This document shows positions 52,553 to 54,649 of a DNA stretch of 54,649 nt, in pieces (the first letter of the stretch is position 1; each line of letters begins with the position of its first letter). This DNA comes from a virus. Its lineage: Duplodnaviria; Caudoviricetes. The stretch lies in the IMG/VR virus record IMGVR_UViG_3300012890_000076, positions 1-54,649 of that record. One strand, 5' to 3'. Under the pieces are notes generated by a model. It ran no database searches, was not told where the DNA came from, and saw nothing but the letters and a program-made list of their open reading frames with translations. A program made the translations under genes and the position numbers.

Positions 52553-54649
52553 GTGACGGATTTATCGGACGGATCCGTCACGCAACTGACGGTGGACGGT
52601 GACGCCGATCGCTTCGGACCCCGTGCGCACGGCATCGCAGATTGGCCCTTCGGACCATCCCGTTCCGCTCTCGTCGATCCACCTTTGGCGAATGGCGCGT
52701 GGCCGCGGTTGCGCATCGTGACGCTGGTCCAGCAGCCGTGCGACGGGCTCGCCGCTACCCGGGCCTCCGTGGAGGCGCAGGGCTATCCGAATCTCCGACA
52801 CAACATCGTTCCGCGGGCAGATGGCGCAGTTCGGTTGCCCCTCTTCGTTGCGGATGAAGGGTACGACGCCCTCCTGATCCTCCAGCCGGGCGACCTTCTG
52901 GCCCCGGACGCACTCGCCGCCCTCGGCCTGCAATTCCTGCTCAGTGGCGCCGACGTCGTCGTTGGCCTGCGGGTCGTCTTCGATGCGGGACCGCTCGGTC
53001 TCGACGCAGTGGCAGCGCCCCCGGGGACGCTCGTCGATCCCGCGCCTCCGGACGGGCCGCTCGCCCCCTTCACCGGCGGTGAGGCTCTACTCAAGCGCTC
53101 CTGCGTACAGGCCGCCGGGGGGCTCGACCCGGACGCGGCACATCCGGTTGCCGCCCTTTGGCCGCGGCTCGTCCGTCAGGGTGCGGTGCTCACACGGGTG
53201 GGCCGACCGGTGCTCCTGCACTCTGCGCCGGGCCACGCGGCGCCCGCGATGGGTTCTGGCCTCTCGATAGCCAACCTGACCGACCAGGGTCCTCTCGGCG
53301 GCGCCGGGATCGCCCACCGGCGCCTGTGCGATGCGCTCGCCCTCGCCGGCCACACCGTCAGCGATCACTGCCTCGCGGCGGAATCGCCGCCGGTGGCGGC
53401 CGAATGGGTCGAGCGGTTCCCGCGGACGGAGCGCACCCTGTCGCAGGGGCGCTACGATCTGATCCTGGCGGGCAACCTGCACGGCACGACCCGCCGCACC
53501 ACGATCCTGGGGCGGCTCACCCGAGCCGTTCCGGTCGCCGCCGTGCTGCACGACCTCTTCCCCGTCACCGGGCGCTGCGCCTCCCCGTCCGGCTGCCCCA
53601 TCATCCCCGAGGGATGCGACGCCCGCTGTCCCTCGCCCAACGCCTATCCGCAGTTGCTGCCCCAGCGGATTGCCAGCGTTTATGCCGAGAAGCAGGCGAT
53701 CCTGGCCGAACCCGACGGACCGCTCCTGCTCGCCGCCTCCGCTTGGACGGAATCGGCGGCGCGCGCCTTGGCGCCGAGGGAGACGCGGGTCGATCGCATC
53801 GACCTGGCCTTCCCGACGGGCGTGTTCCGTCCGCGCGCGCGCGCGGCCCTGCGGCGCGAACTCGGTCTGCCGGCCGATGACGTCCTCGTCATGTTCGCCG
53901 CCGTGATCGCGGACGCGCCCAGCAAGGGAACGGCCGAGCTGACCGCGATCCTGCGCGGGGCTGCCCGGCCGGGGCTCCGTTTCGTCGTCGTCGGACGGCT
54001 CGACGATCCGGATTCTCTCGGAATTCCGGATCTGATCGCGGCGGGTCCGATTGGTGACGAGGCGACGCTGGCAGCCTGGTATGGTGCCTGCGATCTCTAC
54101 ATCACCGCGAGCCGCCAGGAGACGTTCGGACAGACACCCGTGGAAGCCGGGCTGTGCGGAACCCCAACCATCGCCTATCGCGCCACCGGTCTGGCCACCG
54201 CCGTCGTGGACGGGGTCTCGGGCCGCCTCGCGCCACTGGAGGCGGGCGCCCTTGAAGAGGCCCTCCGCGCGCTAATCGCCGATGCTCCCGAGCGCCGACG
54301 CCTGGGAGCCCTGGGACGGATCGCCCTGGAGAGCCGCAACAGCCACGCCGCCTGCGCGATGCGCCTGAACGACGTGTTCGTCGCGCGAGGTATCCTGCCG
54401 GCCGCGGCCGGGACCGGACGGGTCCGCTTCGCGCCGGAGATGCTGTCGACCTTTGCCATGGCACAGGATGGTGCGCCCGGACGGACCGGCCTGATCCCGA
54501 GCGACGCCTCGCGGGTGGTCCGCCTCGCCCGGCGGACCAAGCATGCTCTCGTGGGACGCGACATGCCGCCGTGGCTGCGCCGGATCCTCTACGCGGTCGC
54601 GACGCTGCGCAGGATGCTTCGGCCGGCGACTTGCCGAGAGGTTCGATGA
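52553..54649 (+). CDS. Host glycosyltransferase (degenerate GT2-like N-terminus plus GT4 domain)
   Basis: GGAGIAHRRL, VLHD, SRQETFGQTPVEAGLCGTP (ExFGxxxxE). Confidence 0.88.
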   Translation: MTDLSDGSVTQLTVDGDADRFGPRAHGIADWPFGPSRSALVDPPLANGAWPRLRIVTLVQQPCDGLAATRASVEAQGYPNLRHNIVPRADGAVRLPLFVADEGYDALLILQPGDLLAPDALAALGLQFLLSGADVVVGLRVVFDAGPLGLDAVAAPPGTLVDPAPPDGPLAPFTGGEALLKRSCVQAAGGLDPDAAHPVAALWPRLVRQGAVLTRVGRPVLLHSAPGHAAPAMGSGLSIANLTDQGPLGGAGIAHRRLCDALALAGHTVSDHCLAAESPPVAAEWVERFPRTERTLSQGRYDLILAGNLHGTTRRTTILGRLTRAVPVAAVLHDLFPVTGRCASPSGCPIIPEGCDARCPSPNAYPQLLPQRIASVYAEKQAILAEPDGPLLLAASAWTESAARALAPRETRVDRIDLAFPTGVFRPRARAALRRELGLPADDVLVMFAAVIADAPSKGTAELTAILRGAARPGLRFVVVGRLDDPDSLGIPDLIAAGPIGDEATLAAWYGACDLYITASRQETFGQTPVEAGLCGTPTIAYRATGLATAVVDGVSGRLAPLEAGALEEALRALIADAPERRRLGALGRIALESRNSHAACAMRLNDVFVARGILPAAAGTGRVRFAPEMLSTFAMAQDGAPGRTGLIPSDASRVVRLARRTKHALVGRDMPPWLRRILYAVATLRRMLRPATCREVR

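Overview
Positions 1 to ~52,200 are one apparently intact temperate siphovirus-like prophage in a high-GC alphaproteobacterium (Methylobacterium-like; this is an inference). It is integrated in a tRNA-Pro(CGG) gene: the tyrosine integrase is at the left edge, the duplicated 3' tRNA half (attR) is at 52155-52201, and a host glycosyltransferase follows. Modules in order: int/xis/SieB-like early-left arm; solitary adenine MTase; two XRE-type HTH genes; a leftward lambda-like head and tail module (8.2-32.7 kb) with a -1 frameshift chaperone and a 2029-aa tape measure; a plasmid-type primase/Rep; a rightward lysis cassette; a Rha-ANT antirepressor; a sigma70-driven small-gene operon; a MobC/relaxase mobilisation module; an orphan VbhA-like antitoxin; and a lower-GC SphI-like restriction-modification cassette. 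The most unusual content is cis-acting. Three dispersed motif families recur: a 21-bp oriented motif (7 copies, mostly ahead of late genes), a 16-bp palindrome (about 16 copies, mostly inside CDSs), and a 36-bp element whose two inverted copies bracket the virion genes from terS to the last tail gene. There is also a CATG-saturated, lambda cosB-like array with a central IHF site upstream of terS. No canonical CI/S24 repressor was recognised. All family assignments come from reading motifs by eye, not from database searches.
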